Shown here: positions 11,173 to 20,331 of the stretch, in pieces
Layout of the letters: each line of letters starts with the position of its first letter
Numbering within the stretch: position 1 is the first letter of the stretch
Assembly: GCA_963776345.1 (NCBI GenBank)
Contig: CAVZMH010000018.1
Span: 1-64,000, forward strand
Direction: 5' to 3'
Source of the DNA: an uncultured delta proteobacterium
GTDB taxonomy: Bacteria; Myxococcota; Myxococcia; Myxococcales; Myxococcaceae
DNA length: 64,000 nt
The notes under the pieces: model-generated
What the model saw: the letters and a program-made list of their open reading frames with translations, nothing else
Told to the model about the DNA's origin: nothing
Databases searched by the model: none
Position numbers and translations under genes: made by a program

Positions 11173-11228
11173 GAGATCAATGTGTGAGGAAGCTCGTGCA
11201 GAGAGCGTGACGAGATTCTCAAGTTGAT

Positions 11229-11248
11229 GGGAACAGCGGGGGAACAGC
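11229..11248 (+). repeat. GGGAACAGC direct repeat pair (candidate integrase arm-type sites)
   Basis: Copies at 11229-11237 and 11240-11248, about 90 bp inside the tRNA fragment. Confidence 0.5.
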
Positions 11249-11335
11249 CCCTTTAGGGCGTCTGCAAGCCTCGTGCTAAAGCCATAAGGCTTTGAAGCTA
11301 GGTACCCCTACCCCCCCTTGTGACTTGGGCATTAC

Positions 11336-11375
11336 CTTCGAAGGCCGGTGCTCTATCCAGATGAGCTACGGAGCC
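11336..11375 (-). tRNA. 5' half of tRNA-Arg(UCG), truncated after the anticodon loop (att remnant)
   Basis: GGCTCCG TA GCTC ATCTGGATA GAGC A CCGGC CTTCGAA G: acceptor 5' strand, D-arm, anticodon TCG; no T-arm or 3' strand follows. Confidence 0.88.
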
Positions 11376-11458
11376 TCGGGGGTGATCTCACGTCCGAACC
11401 TCCCGCGTCCACTGAACTTTCCCGGTCGCCGTTCACCGCGTGCCCGCCGCGTGAGCCG

Positions 11459-12187
11459 TTACTGGTGAAGAACGATGGTCTGTCCGACGGCCAGTCGCCC
11501 GATTCGCGTGACCGTGCCGTAGATCCCCGCGTTGTTCTGGTTGGCACGAACCACTGCCTTCAGCAACTCGGGGGCAGGGCTCCCTCCGTGAGGATCGAAG
11601 TTCACCATCGCGCAGCGAACGTCGCGCATCGTGACGGTGACGGCGGGTGCATCGTCCGCTTCGCCGAAAGTGAGCACGCCGCCCACCCATTGATCCTCCT
11701 CGAAGGGGACCGCGCGCGTGGATCGGACAACGATATTCGGACGAAATCGTCGGACATCTGCGCTCCTCCCGGCGAGACGGCCGATCTCGCGAACGGTATC
11801 GGAGGCGATCACGGAGATGCTCGCTTCGTCGAAGATACCGTGATTCAACTGCATCATCTGCACCGGGGCCCCGTAGCGGCGCCCGACCTCCGCGGCGAGA
11901 GCTTCTCCGAACAAGGGCATCTCTTCCCCCTCGGGCGTACGAACGTGTGTCGGCAGCGCTTCGCCATTCCCGTCTTCACGCCGCTGCGGAGTGAAGAGGA
12001 TGAGGTCGGGGAGCTTGCTCGCGCTCAGCCAAGGAAACCCGCCGCGCTCGTCAAGCCGACGAAACGCGAGGCGCCTGTCGCCGTCGAGGCCGTGCCAGCC
12101 CAACGTGGCGGCGTCGAGCGGCTCGCCGCGCATGGATTTCACCGGATAGCGAAAGATCGCTTCAATCTGTCCGATCTCGATCGGCAT
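11459..12187 (-). CDS. MOSC domain protein
   Basis: IFRYPVKSMRGE, GDRRLA, RRFRPNIVV, RCAMVN; GGAGGA RBS. Confidence 0.92.
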   Translation of the reverse strand: MPIEIGQIEAIFRYPVKSMRGEPLDAATLGWHGLDGDRRLAFRRLDERGGFPWLSASKLPDLILFTPQRREDGNGEALPTHVRTPEGEEMPLFGEALAAEVGRRYGAPVQMMQLNHGIFDEASISVIASDTVREIGRLAGRSADVRRFRPNIVVRSTRAVPFEEDQWVGGVLTFGEADDAPAVTVTMRDVRCAMVNFDPHGGSPAPELLKAVVRANQNNAGIYGTVTRIGRLAVGQTIVLHQ

Positions 12188-12307
12188 TTCGTCCTCCGAC
12201 AATCGCATTCGTAGACGAGACCCCGTCGGAAGGGAACGAGGTGATTGCCGCGCTCAACTCGGTCCTAGGTTGATCACGACCACCCAACCCCTCGGGTTCA
12301 GTCGGTT

Positions 12308-12325
12308 CAGATGAGCTACGGAGCC
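12308..12325 (-). repeat. 18-bp copy of tRNA-Arg nt 1-18, direct repeat of 11358-11375
   Basis: CAGATGAGCTACGGAGCC (+ strand) is identical at both positions, 950 bp apart. Confidence 0.9.
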
Positions 12326-12364
12326 AGCGACCCCCGGGCTCTGCCACGCCGCGGAGCGGACCAG

Positions 12365-14209
12365 TCAGCCGACGTCGCGGAGCGCCGCCGCGGGGCTCGA
12401 TGGGGCGCGCCTGGGGAGAATCAGACGCAAGGTGGTGCCGCTCCCGGGTGAGGAGCTGACGTCGATGGTGCCCCCGTGTGCGCGCGCCACGTGCCGGGCG
12501 ATGTACAGACCCAGGCCCACGCTGCCGTCCAGCGCCCCGGGTCCGCTGCCCCGCCGGAACGGCTCGAAGAGGCTGTCCTGCTGCTCCGTCGGAATCGCCT
12601 CGCCACCGCTGGTGATGGCGACCTGCACCTGATCGGCGCCGCCCTCCACCTGCACCGGGACCGGCGACCCGCCCGGGCTGTGGCGGAGCGCGTTCGCGAG
12701 CAGGTTGCAGAGCGCCTGGCCGACCCGGACGGTGTCCCACTCTCCCGAGCCGTCGCCCTGGCCGGTGATGGTGATGCGCCCCGGCTCGGCGATCGAGACC
12801 TCCTCCACCGCGCGCTTCACCAGGCGGTGGATGTCGTCCCTCTCGCGCGTGATGGTCAGCTGCTGCCCGGCGCGGAGCCGGGTGAGATCGAGGAGGCCTC
12901 CGACCAGCTGGTGCATCCGCTCGGCCGAACGCGCCATCCGGCTCACGGTCCGCAGCTGCTGCTCGGAGGGCCCGGAGCGGAGGAGCAGGTCCACGCCCAG
13001 CCGGATCGAGGCCAGCGGATTGCGCAGGTCGTGGCTCACGATGCCCAGGAGCCGCTGCTCGAACTGGTGCGCCTCCTGGAGCGCCCGCTCCGCCTCCTTC
13101 TGGGCGGTGATGTCGAGGACGAAGGACACCCCGCGCAGCGGCTCGCGGTCGAGCACCGCCGCGCCGGTGAGTGTCCAGACCCGCGTCCCGTCCGCCCGGA
13201 GGAACTGCCTCTCGAAGGGAGCGCTCCGCCCGGTGGTCTCGAGCTCGGCGAACCCGCGCGCGTCCGCCTCGGCGAGCTCGGGCGGGGTCACCTCCCGCCA
13301 GTCGATGCCGCCCTCCGGAACACCGGCCCCGGGCGGAAGGCCGAGGATCTCCAGGAGGCGCCGGTTCGCGCCGACGATCCGTTCGCGGGTCCAGGTCCCG
13401 ATGCCCAGGAGCCCCGCCTCCGAGAGCCGGTGAATCTGCTGCTCGGTGCGCTCCAGCTCCTGGCGGGCACGGACCCGGGCGGTCACGTCCACGGCGCAGG
13501 TGAGGACGCCCTCCACCAGGCCCCGCGCGTCGCGGAGCGGGGTGAAGCTCGCGTCCACGAAGCGCTCCTCCCAGGATCCGTCGTCGCGCCGGTAGCGCAC
13601 CGGCCGCTCCTCGAGGTTCGCCGCGACGCCCTCCCGGTAGACCCGCTCCGCGAGATCGAGGAGACCGTCGCCCTCGAGCTCGGGGAAGACGTCGCGCATC
13701 CTCCGACCGAGCATCGGACGCTGCGCGAGTCGCTCCCCGCCCGGGGAGACGAAGTCGTGGACCAGGTCGGGACCGCGCAGGGTGACCACCGCGATCGGCG
13801 CCTGGGCGAAGAGCGAGAACAGCCGGTCGCGCTCGGTGCGGAGCTGCTCCAGCAGCAGCTCGCGGTCCTCCATCCGGCGGCGGAGCAGCACCACCGAGAG
13901 CGTGAAGCCGGCCTGGATGAGGATGAAGGCCGCGCCGGTCTCGAGGGCGGCCGCGCCGAGCGAGCCGCTCCGGCCGGGGGTGATGGAGATGACATTCGCC
14001 GCCACCGCCGAGGCGAGCACTGTCAGCCAGGCACAGCTCAGCGAGCGGCTGAACCACGCCACCACCGGTGCGGCCAGGTGGAAGGCCATGTACGGGGCGA
14101 TGTGTCCCACCCCCGGGACGAGCAGGTTGAAGGCCGAGGCGAGGCCCACGCCGATCGGGGCGACCGCGCATCGCTTCCACCGGGGCGCTGGGGACCGGGT
14201 GTCCGGCAT
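12365..14209 (-). CDS. Membrane PAS-domain sensor histidine kinase
   Basis: N-terminal TM helices, two PAS/PAC segments, SHDLRNPL, NLLANA, GLGLYI. Confidence 0.92.
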   Translation of the reverse strand: MPDTRSPAPRWKRCAVAPIGVGLASAFNLLVPGVGHIAPYMAFHLAAPVVAWFSRSLSCAWLTVLASAVAANVISITPGRSGSLGAAALETGAAFILIQAGFTLSVVLLRRRMEDRELLLEQLRTERDRLFSLFAQAPIAVVTLRGPDLVHDFVSPGGERLAQRPMLGRRMRDVFPELEGDGLLDLAERVYREGVAANLEERPVRYRRDDGSWEERFVDASFTPLRDARGLVEGVLTCAVDVTARVRARQELERTEQQIHRLSEAGLLGIGTWTRERIVGANRRLLEILGLPPGAGVPEGGIDWREVTPPELAEADARGFAELETTGRSAPFERQFLRADGTRVWTLTGAAVLDREPLRGVSFVLDITAQKEAERALQEAHQFEQRLLGIVSHDLRNPLASIRLGVDLLLRSGPSEQQLRTVSRMARSAERMHQLVGGLLDLTRLRAGQQLTITRERDDIHRLVKRAVEEVSIAEPGRITITGQGDGSGEWDTVRVGQALCNLLANALRHSPGGSPVPVQVEGGADQVQVAITSGGEAIPTEQQDSLFEPFRRGSGPGALDGSVGLGLYIARHVARAHGGTIDVSSSPGSGTTLRLILPRRAPSSPAAALRDVG

Positions 14210-14294
14210 CCTGAGCCGACCATTCTCCTCGGCGCGCCTCCCGGTGGGAGAGCTTCCGGAGCAGGGGTCCGGGACTGAACAGCGGTCCGCGACC

Positions 14295-15509
14295 TCAGCC
14301 GCCCTCGAAGAGCCGGAAGATGGCCGGAGAGCGCCCACGCCAGGCCGGCTCGCTGTGCTGCGCCCCGCTCGCGAAGACGTAGCTGACGCGTGCGCCGCAG
14401 CCGAGCGCGAGGAGCGTGTCGCGCATCTGGACGTTCTCGCAGTAGTTGTCCGCCGAATCGAGCGTGTCGTCCTGGATGCCGTCCCCGTCGCTGTCCACGC
14501 AGCCGCTGCCCGGACCACCGCCCGAGTCGACGTAGAGGGTGCCGGTGGGGCAGCTGCCCAGCGCGGCCCAGGCCTGGATCTCCGTCTGGTTGTGCACTCC
14601 CGGTCCGATGGATCCCCACCCGAAGGTGCCCGAGAGGCTGGCCACGAACTGGTACGAGGCCGGGTAGCGCCGCTTGATGACGTAGGAGATGAGGCCTCCG
14701 AGCGAGCTCCCCATCACGCCCACCTGGGCGGTCTTTCCGTAGCGCGCCTCGACGAAGGGCCGGACGGTCAGCTCGACGTAGTCCGCGTAGTCGAGCCCCT
14801 TGCCGCCCAGGGTCTGGGAGGTGATCACGTCGGTCACCGCCGTGTACTCGGCGATCCGGTCCGAGGTGTTGTCGATGCCCACCACCAGCGTGGTCGGCCC
14901 GGCGGCCCCCTGGAGCCCCCATCCGCCGTAAGGGGACGGACCGAAGAGGTTCTGCCCGTCGTGGACGTACATGGTGTGGGTGGGCGCCTGCGCGGGGACG
15001 AGGACCCGCAGCGTGCGCGGCGGGAGCTTGGCGTCGCCGATTCCCGGCCAGCGCTCGAGGTGCGTGCCGGTCAGTGAGACGAAGGAGAGGGTGGCGATCC
15101 CCGAGTAGGTGAAGTGCCGCGAGAGCGGATCGCTGAAGGGGGCACTGGCAGCGGTGAGGAAGCGGTACTCGGCGCCGGCGGGCGAGGGAACGGGCACCAG
15201 CGCCCAGGCGATGCCGGAGGCGGTGGTGAGCTGGACGCTGGCGAAGGCCCCGGTCGGGCTCTCCAGCGCGTACGGCCCCTGACCCTGGTCGCGGGTGGCG
15301 AAGAGGTAGCCGCGGCTGGTGGAGATGGGCCAGCCGCCCGAGCGCGCGACCTGAGCCAGGCCGCTGTCCGCGTCGAGCTGGCCATCGAGGATCTTCTGGA
15401 CGATGAGCGCGTCTCCCTCGGGGGGGAGCTGCGCGGAGGCGGGCGGCGCCGCGTCGCCGCACCCGGCGAGCAGGGCGAGCACGGACGGGAGGAGCAGGAG
15501 GCGGCGCAT
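14295..15509 (-). CDS. Lipoprotein alpha/beta-hydrolase (putative esterase)
   Basis: LLAGC lipobox, HDGQNLF, GSSLGG nucleophile, HSEPAW. Confidence 0.88.
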   Translation of the reverse strand: MRRLLLLPSVLALLAGCGDAAPPASAQLPPEGDALIVQKILDGQLDADSGLAQVARSGGWPISTSRGYLFATRDQGQGPYALESPTGAFASVQLTTASGIAWALVPVPSPAGAEYRFLTAASAPFSDPLSRHFTYSGIATLSFVSLTGTHLERWPGIGDAKLPPRTLRVLVPAQAPTHTMYVHDGQNLFGPSPYGGWGLQGAAGPTTLVVGIDNTSDRIAEYTAVTDVITSQTLGGKGLDYADYVELTVRPFVEARYGKTAQVGVMGSSLGGLISYVIKRRYPASYQFVASLSGTFGWGSIGPGVHNQTEIQAWAALGSCPTGTLYVDSGGGPGSGCVDSDGDGIQDDTLDSADNYCENVQMRDTLLALGCGARVSYVFASGAQHSEPAWRGRSPAIFRLFEGG

Positions 15510-15548
15510 GGGCGGATAGAAAGCCAGAGCCGGTGCGCGCTGCAACGT

Positions 15549-16430
15549 CTAGATGCGTCCCGGCCAGCCGGCGCCGGCCCGCGCGTACGCCGCCTGGATG
15601 GTGGAGAGCACCGATGTCGGAAGTGGGCCCTGGGTGAGCGCCTGGGCCACCGACGCGAGGTGGGCCGGGCTCGCCGTCCCGAGGAGGATCGCGCTCACCC
15701 CCGGCGCGAACGCGGCGAACCGCGCGGCGAGCACGTCCCATTGCAGCCCGTCGGAGTCGAGCCCGAGCGCGCCGAAGCGCTCCCACGCCTCGGCGACGTC
15801 AGGCGCGTCGGGCCGTGTCTCGAATCGCCACGGCGCATTGCCCAGGGGTCGCTTGGCGAGCACGCCGAGGCCGCGCCGTTCGGCCTCCGGCACGGCGCCG
15901 GAGAGCACGCCCTGGTCGACGAGGCTGACCGAGCACTGGACGACACCGAAGGCGCCCGAGCGCACGGCCCAGTCGAGCGCCTCGTTCTCCCCGGAGTACG
16001 CGGCCACGCGGACCTTGCCTGCGCGGACGGTGCGATGCAGAGCGTCGACGACCTCGCCGCGCTCCAGGACCTCCCGCGGGCAGGAGTGCAGGTGCACGAG
16101 GTCGACGACCTCGGTCCGGAGCCGTGCCAGCGCGTCGTCGACCCCGGCCTCGACCGCGGGGCCGGTCCAGTCCGGGACGCCGGGAACCCCGTAGCCGAGC
16201 TTGGTGGAGAGGACGACCGAGCGGCGGCGGCCCTGGAGCGCGCGGCCGAGGCGCTCCTCGGAGGCGCCGTAGCTCCGGGCGGTGTCGATCAGCGTCACGC
16301 CGAGCTCGAGGGCCGCTCCGACCAGCCGGTCCACGTCGGCGTCGGTCGTCTCGGGCCCACCGATGCGTCCTGCGCCGAGTCCGAGCGCGGAGACGGTCAG
16401 CCCGGTGGTGCCCAGGGGGCGGGGGGGCAT
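15549..16430 (-). CDS. Aldo/keto reductase
   Basis: LGTTGLTVSALGLG, IDTARSYG, STKLG, LVHLHS (alternative GTG start at 16439). Confidence 0.92.
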   Translation of the reverse strand: MPPRPLGTTGLTVSALGLGAGRIGGPETTDADVDRLVGAALELGVTLIDTARSYGASEERLGRALQGRRRSVVLSTKLGYGVPGVPDWTGPAVEAGVDDALARLRTEVVDLVHLHSCPREVLERGEVVDALHRTVRAGKVRVAAYSGENEALDWAVRSGAFGVVQCSVSLVDQGVLSGAVPEAERRGLGVLAKRPLGNAPWRFETRPDAPDVAEAWERFGALGLDSDGLQWDVLAARFAAFAPGVSAILLGTASPAHLASVAQALTQGPLPTSVLSTIQAAYARAGAGWPGRI

Positions 16431-16577
16431 CGCGGTCACGGCCGGTGAGGATGCCAGAGCGCACGGTGCGGCGCTTCTCGACCGGGTGCATCACCGAGCC
16501 GAGGAGCCGTGCGCGCTGGCCCAGGGAGGACGAGCCCCACCGCGTGGTGCGGGACGTCTCCGAGCTGGAGGGCTGGC

Positions 16578-17123
16578 TCACCGTCGAGGCGGCGCGCTGG
16601 TGAATCGCTGCGTCGGACCGCCGCGGGACGTGAGCTCCTCGAACCGACCCTCGGTGTAGCGCCCCACGACGCGGCGCCAGAACGCGATCGCCGGCGCGTT
16701 GCCCGGCACCTCAAAGATCTCCCACCGACCCGGGAACCGCTCGAAGATGCGTCGTGCCGCCGCCTCGCCGATGCCCCGGCTGCGTGCCCCGGGGACGACG
16801 TAGAACTCGGCGATGCAGCTGTCCGTCCCGGGCGACATCCACCCGGCCGGCCGCAGGCCGACCATCGCGAAGCCGACCACCTCGCGTCCGAGCCGGAAGA
16901 GCAGGACGTGGTGCTCGGGGCCCTCGCCGAGCCAGTACGGGAGGTGGTCCGGGCCCCAGTCTCCATCCGGAGGGCGGTACTCCCAGCGCCCGTCCGCGCG
17001 GCGCCGGTACGAGGCGCCGAACGAGGTGAGCTCCTCCAGGTAGGCGTCGTAGAGGCGCCGGAGCAGCGGGTGCTCGCGCGGCCGGAGGCGCTCGACACGC
17101 AGACGGGGCGGAGTCCCGCTCAT
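16578..17123 (-). CDS. GNAT family acetyltransferase
   Basis: IAEFYVVPGARSRGIG, NAPAIAFW; ATGA overlap with the upstream gene. Confidence 0.88.
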   Translation of the reverse strand: MSGTPPRLRVERLRPREHPLLRRLYDAYLEELTSFGASYRRRADGRWEYRPPDGDWGPDHLPYWLGEGPEHHVLLFRLGREVVGFAMVGLRPAGWMSPGTDSCIAEFYVVPGARSRGIGEAAARRIFERFPGRWEIFEVPGNAPAIAFWRRVVGRYTEGRFEELTSRGGPTQRFTSAPPRR

Positions 17124-17917
17124 CGCGAGGTCCGGTCCGCCTCCTCCGCCCGCGCCAGGACCTGCTCCAGCGCGCCCGGAACCCCGGGAGGGATCAGGTC
17201 CGGGAACACGCGCTGGCCGATGGCGAGCAGAGACCGCGCGGCGTCCGGGATGGGCCGCAGCAGCGCCTGGTCTATCTCCCGTGCGACCTCGGGGAGCGCC
17301 GACTCCACGCGGCGGGAGACGTCCAGGTCGTCCAGCCGGGCCCGCGTCTCGGGCGAGGCGCGCAAGCGGACCAGCGCGAGCAGGTGCTGCACGGCGCTCA
17401 CCCGCACCCGGAAGTGCCCCGAGAGCCGCTCGCCGCGGCCGTACCGTCCCGCCCCCAGGACGAGCTCGGTCAGGAACTGGCCCGCCAGCCAGCGTGGGTC
17501 CGGAGGCGTCGCGGTCTGCGCCGCGGTCGCCTGCTGCACGCGCGCCATCCGTGCGCGCACGTCCGCCCTGTCCAGGGGAACCGAGTAGCGGTTGACCCGG
17601 GCGAGGGACAGCTCGTCCAGGTCGAATGCCGCGAACTCCACCAGGTGCCCGCTCCGGTCCAGCGCGCGGACACCGTGCGCGGTCTCCCGGAACGACAGGA
17701 CCAGGTCGGCGGCGTTGGGCAGCCATCCGAGGTCGTTCCGGAAGCGCTCCTGCGCGCCGGTCCGGGTCACGACGAAGAGATCGTGGTCCGAGAAGGCGTC
17801 CGGCAGCGGGGGCTGGCCGGAGGTCGAGCCCAGCAGCACCAGCCCCAGCACGTCGGTGTCGGCCTCGAGCCGTTTCAGCAGGGCGGCGGTGAACGCCGCA
17901 TGGGCCTCTGGAGTCAT
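17120..17917 (-). CDS. Nucleotidyltransferase (aminoglycoside/lincosamide NTase-like fold)
   Basis: LVLLGS....DAFSDHDLFVV pol-beta motif plus a helical C-domain. Confidence 0.75.
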   Translation of the reverse strand: MTPEAHAAFTAALLKRLEADTDVLGLVLLGSTSGQPPLPDAFSDHDLFVVTRTGAQERFRNDLGWLPNAADLVLSFRETAHGVRALDRSGHLVEFAAFDLDELSLARVNRYSVPLDRADVRARMARVQQATAAQTATPPDPRWLAGQFLTELVLGAGRYGRGERLSGHFRVRVSAVQHLLALVRLRASPETRARLDDLDVSRRVESALPEVAREIDQALLRPIPDAARSLLAIGQRVFPDLIPPGVPGALEQVLARAEEADRTSR

Positions 17918-18000
17918 CTTGACGCGGCACGTCAGGTGTCCGCGGGGGGTGAGAATTTCCCCACGGGAAGGTGCCGGAGCGTCGAGAATGCCACGCTCCA

Positions 18001-19089
18001 ATGGCCTCGGTGATCCTCAAGCAGGTCACGAAGCGCTTCGGCCCGGTCAGCGTCATCGAGGGGCTCGACCTCGAGGTCCGCGACCACGAGTTCATGGTCC
18101 TCGTCGGGCCTTCCGGGTGCGGCAAGTCCACGGCGCTGCGGATGATCGCCGGCCTCGAGGACATCACCGGGGGCACCATCTCCATCGGCGACCGGGTGGT
18201 GAACGAGGTCCCGCCCAAGGACCGTGACGTGGCGATGGTGTTCCAGAGCTACGCGCTCTACCCGCACATGACGGTGCGCGAGAACCTCGAGTTCGGCCTG
18301 CGCATTCGCAAGACGCCCAAGGCGGACATCGACCGGCTCATCCCCGAGGCCGCGCAGATCCTCGGCATCCAGGAACTGATGGACCGTAAGCCCAAGGAGC
18401 TCTCGGGCGGGCAGCGGCAGCGCGTGGCGCTCGGGCGGGCCATCGTCCGCAAGCCCTCGGTGTTCCTCTTCGACGAGCCGCTGTCCAACCTCGACGCCAA
18501 GCTGCGCGTCCAGATGCGGGCGGAGATCAAGAAGCTCCAGGCCCGGCTTCAAGTGACGACGGTCTACGTCACCCACGATCAGGTCGAGGCGATGACCATG
18601 GGCCATCGCATCGCCATCCTGAGCGCCGGGAAGCTGCAGCAGGTCGGCACGCCGCTGGAGGTCTACGAGAAGCCGGCCAACCTCTTCGTCGCCGGCTTCA
18701 TCGGTACCCCGCCCATGAACCTCGTCTCCGCCACCCTGGCCCAGGGCGGCGCGCTGGCCCGGACCAGCGGGTTCGACGTCCCGGTGCCCCCGGCGGCCAG
18801 GGGCGCAGCGGGCGAGGGCGCCAAGGTGGTCCTCGGCATCCGGCCGGAGAACGTGGTCCCGCCCGGGCGCACGCCGCGCGGTGCGGTCCACCAGGTGCCG
18901 CTGACCGTGGAGATCGTCGAGGTGCTGGGCGACGAGGTGGTGGTCCACGGCCGGGCCGGCGAGGAGACGCTGGTGTTCAAGCAGGACCCGCACCGCCCGG
19001 CGGCGGTGGGGAGCACCATCGAGGTGCAGCTCGAGCTGGAGGCGCTGCACCTCTTCGACGCCGAGAGCCAGCTCCGGCTGGGCGCCTGA
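18001..19089 (+). CDS. malK: Sugar ABC transporter ATP-binding protein
   Basis: [28 protein letters not shown] tail. Confidence 0.93.
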   Translation: MASVILKQVTKRFGPVSVIEGLDLEVRDHEFMVLVGPSGCGKSTALRMIAGLEDITGGTISIGDRVVNEVPPKDRDVAMVFQSYALYPHMTVRENLEFGLRIRKTPKADIDRLIPEAAQILGIQELMDRKPKELSGGQRQRVALGRAIVRKPSVFLFDEPLSNLDAKLRVQMRAEIKKLQARLQVTTVYVTHDQVEAMTMGHRIAILSAGKLQQVGTPLEVYEKPANLFVAGFIGTPPMNLVSATLAQGGALARTSGFDVPVPPAARGAAGEGAKVVLGIRPENVVPPGRTPRGAVHQVPLTVEIVEVLGDEVVVHGRAGEETLVFKQDPHRPAAVGSTIEVQLELEALHLFDAESQLRLGA

Positions 19090-19122
19090 GGTCGTCGGGC
19101 AGGCGAGAGGGAGGGTAGAGGG

Positions 19123-20331
19123 ATGCGGAAGCTCGTCATGCTGCTCGCAGCTGTGCTCGGGGCGTTCCCGGGAGTCGCGGCCGCCCAGGCCAAGCTGGTG
19201 GTCTGGCACTCGTACCGGGGCGCGGAGAAGACCGCGTTCGAGAAGGTGGTGGCGGCGTTCAATGCCCGCGCCGACGCCAAGATCAAGGTGGACCCGCTGG
19301 CGGTCCCCTTCGACGCCTTCGCCGACAAGATCTCCGCCGCCGTGCCCCGCGGGAAGGGGCCGGACATCTTCATCTACGCGCAGGACCGGATGGGCGGGTG
19401 GGTCGAGGCCGGCAACACCGTGGAGCCGATCGACTTCTTCGTGGACGACGCGCTCAAGGGACGCTTCATCCCCACCACCATCGAGGCGCTGACCTACCGG
19501 GGCAACCTCTACGGCCTGCCGCTCGACTACAAGGTCATCGCGCTCATCCACAACCGGAAGCTGCTCAAGACGCCGCCCAGGACCACCGCCGAGCTGGTGA
19601 AGGTGGCGAAGGGGCTCACCAACAAGGCCGCCGGCCGCTTCGGGCTCGCCTGGGCGTACGGCGACTTCTACTACGTGGCCTCGCTGCTCAACGGCTTCGG
19701 GGGCGGCGTCTTCGACAAGGCGACCCAGCCCACGATGAACGCGCCGGCGAACATCAAGGCGCTGGACCTCCTGGTGCAGTGGGAGAAGGCCGGCTTCATG
19801 CCCGCCGAGCCCTCCAGCGCGCTCATCACCTCGCTCTTCAACGAGGGCAAGGCGGCGATGGTGTTCAGCGGCCCGTGGTTCCTGGGCGAGGTCTCGAGCG
19901 ACATCGACTACGGCGTGGCGCCGCTCCCCACCATCAACGAGGCGGGCGGCAAGCCGATGCGGCCCTGGATGACGGTGGAGGGCGTGTTCGTCTCCGCCCA
20001 GTCGCAGCACAAGGACGCGGCGTTCGACTTCGTGAAGTACGTCACCAGCGCCGAGGCCGGGAAGGTGATGGCGCTCGAGGGGCGGCAGAGTCCGGCGACG
20101 ACGGCGGTGTACGACGACGCGAAGGTGGCGGCGGACCCCGTGCTCAGCGCCTTCCGGAAGCAGGTCGAGGTGGCGGTGCCGATGCCCAACGTGGCGGAGA
20201 TGACGATGATGTGGTCGCCCGCGACGACGGCGCTGAACAAGGTGAACGCCGGGAACTCGCCCAAGGAGGCGATGGACGTCGCGCAGAAGGCGCTGCAGAA
20301 GGACGTGGACGCGCTGCGGAAGAAGAAATGA
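19123..20331 (+). CDS. malE: Maltodextrin ABC substrate-binding protein
   Basis: Signal peptide, GPDIF, SGPW, PMPNVAEM..MW; context. Confidence 0.88.
   Translation: MRKLVMLLAAVLGAFPGVAAAQAKLVVWHSYRGAEKTAFEKVVAAFNARADAKIKVDPLAVPFDAFADKISAAVPRGKGPDIFIYAQDRMGGWVEAGNTVEPIDFFVDDALKGRFIPTTIEALTYRGNLYGLPLDYKVIALIHNRKLLKTPPRTTAELVKVAKGLTNKAAGRFGLAWAYGDFYYVASLLNGFGGGVFDKATQPTMNAPANIKALDLLVQWEKAGFMPAEPSSALITSLFNEGKAAMVFSGPWFLGEVSSDIDYGVAPLPTINEAGGKPMRPWMTVEGVFVSAQSQHKDAAFDFVKYVTSAEAGKVMALEGRQSPATTAVYDDAKVAADPVLSAFRKQVEVAVPMPNVAEMTMMWSPATTALNKVNAGNSPKEAMDVAQKALQKDVDALRKKK

Larger units (their letters stand above)
1..11375. mobile_element. Right part of a genomic island integrated at tRNA-Arg(UCG)
   Basis: Defence and replicon genes, visibly lower GC than the flank, bounded by a tRNA half and short direct repeats; no integrase in the window. 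Confidence 0.75.

Noticed and set aside
11150..11336. Group I intron in the tRNA
   Set aside because: No 3' exon (T-arm and acceptor strand) found downstream within the window.
16451..16603. Possible HAD-hydrolase C-terminal remnant on the plus strand
   Set aside because: Too short and only a weak resemblance.
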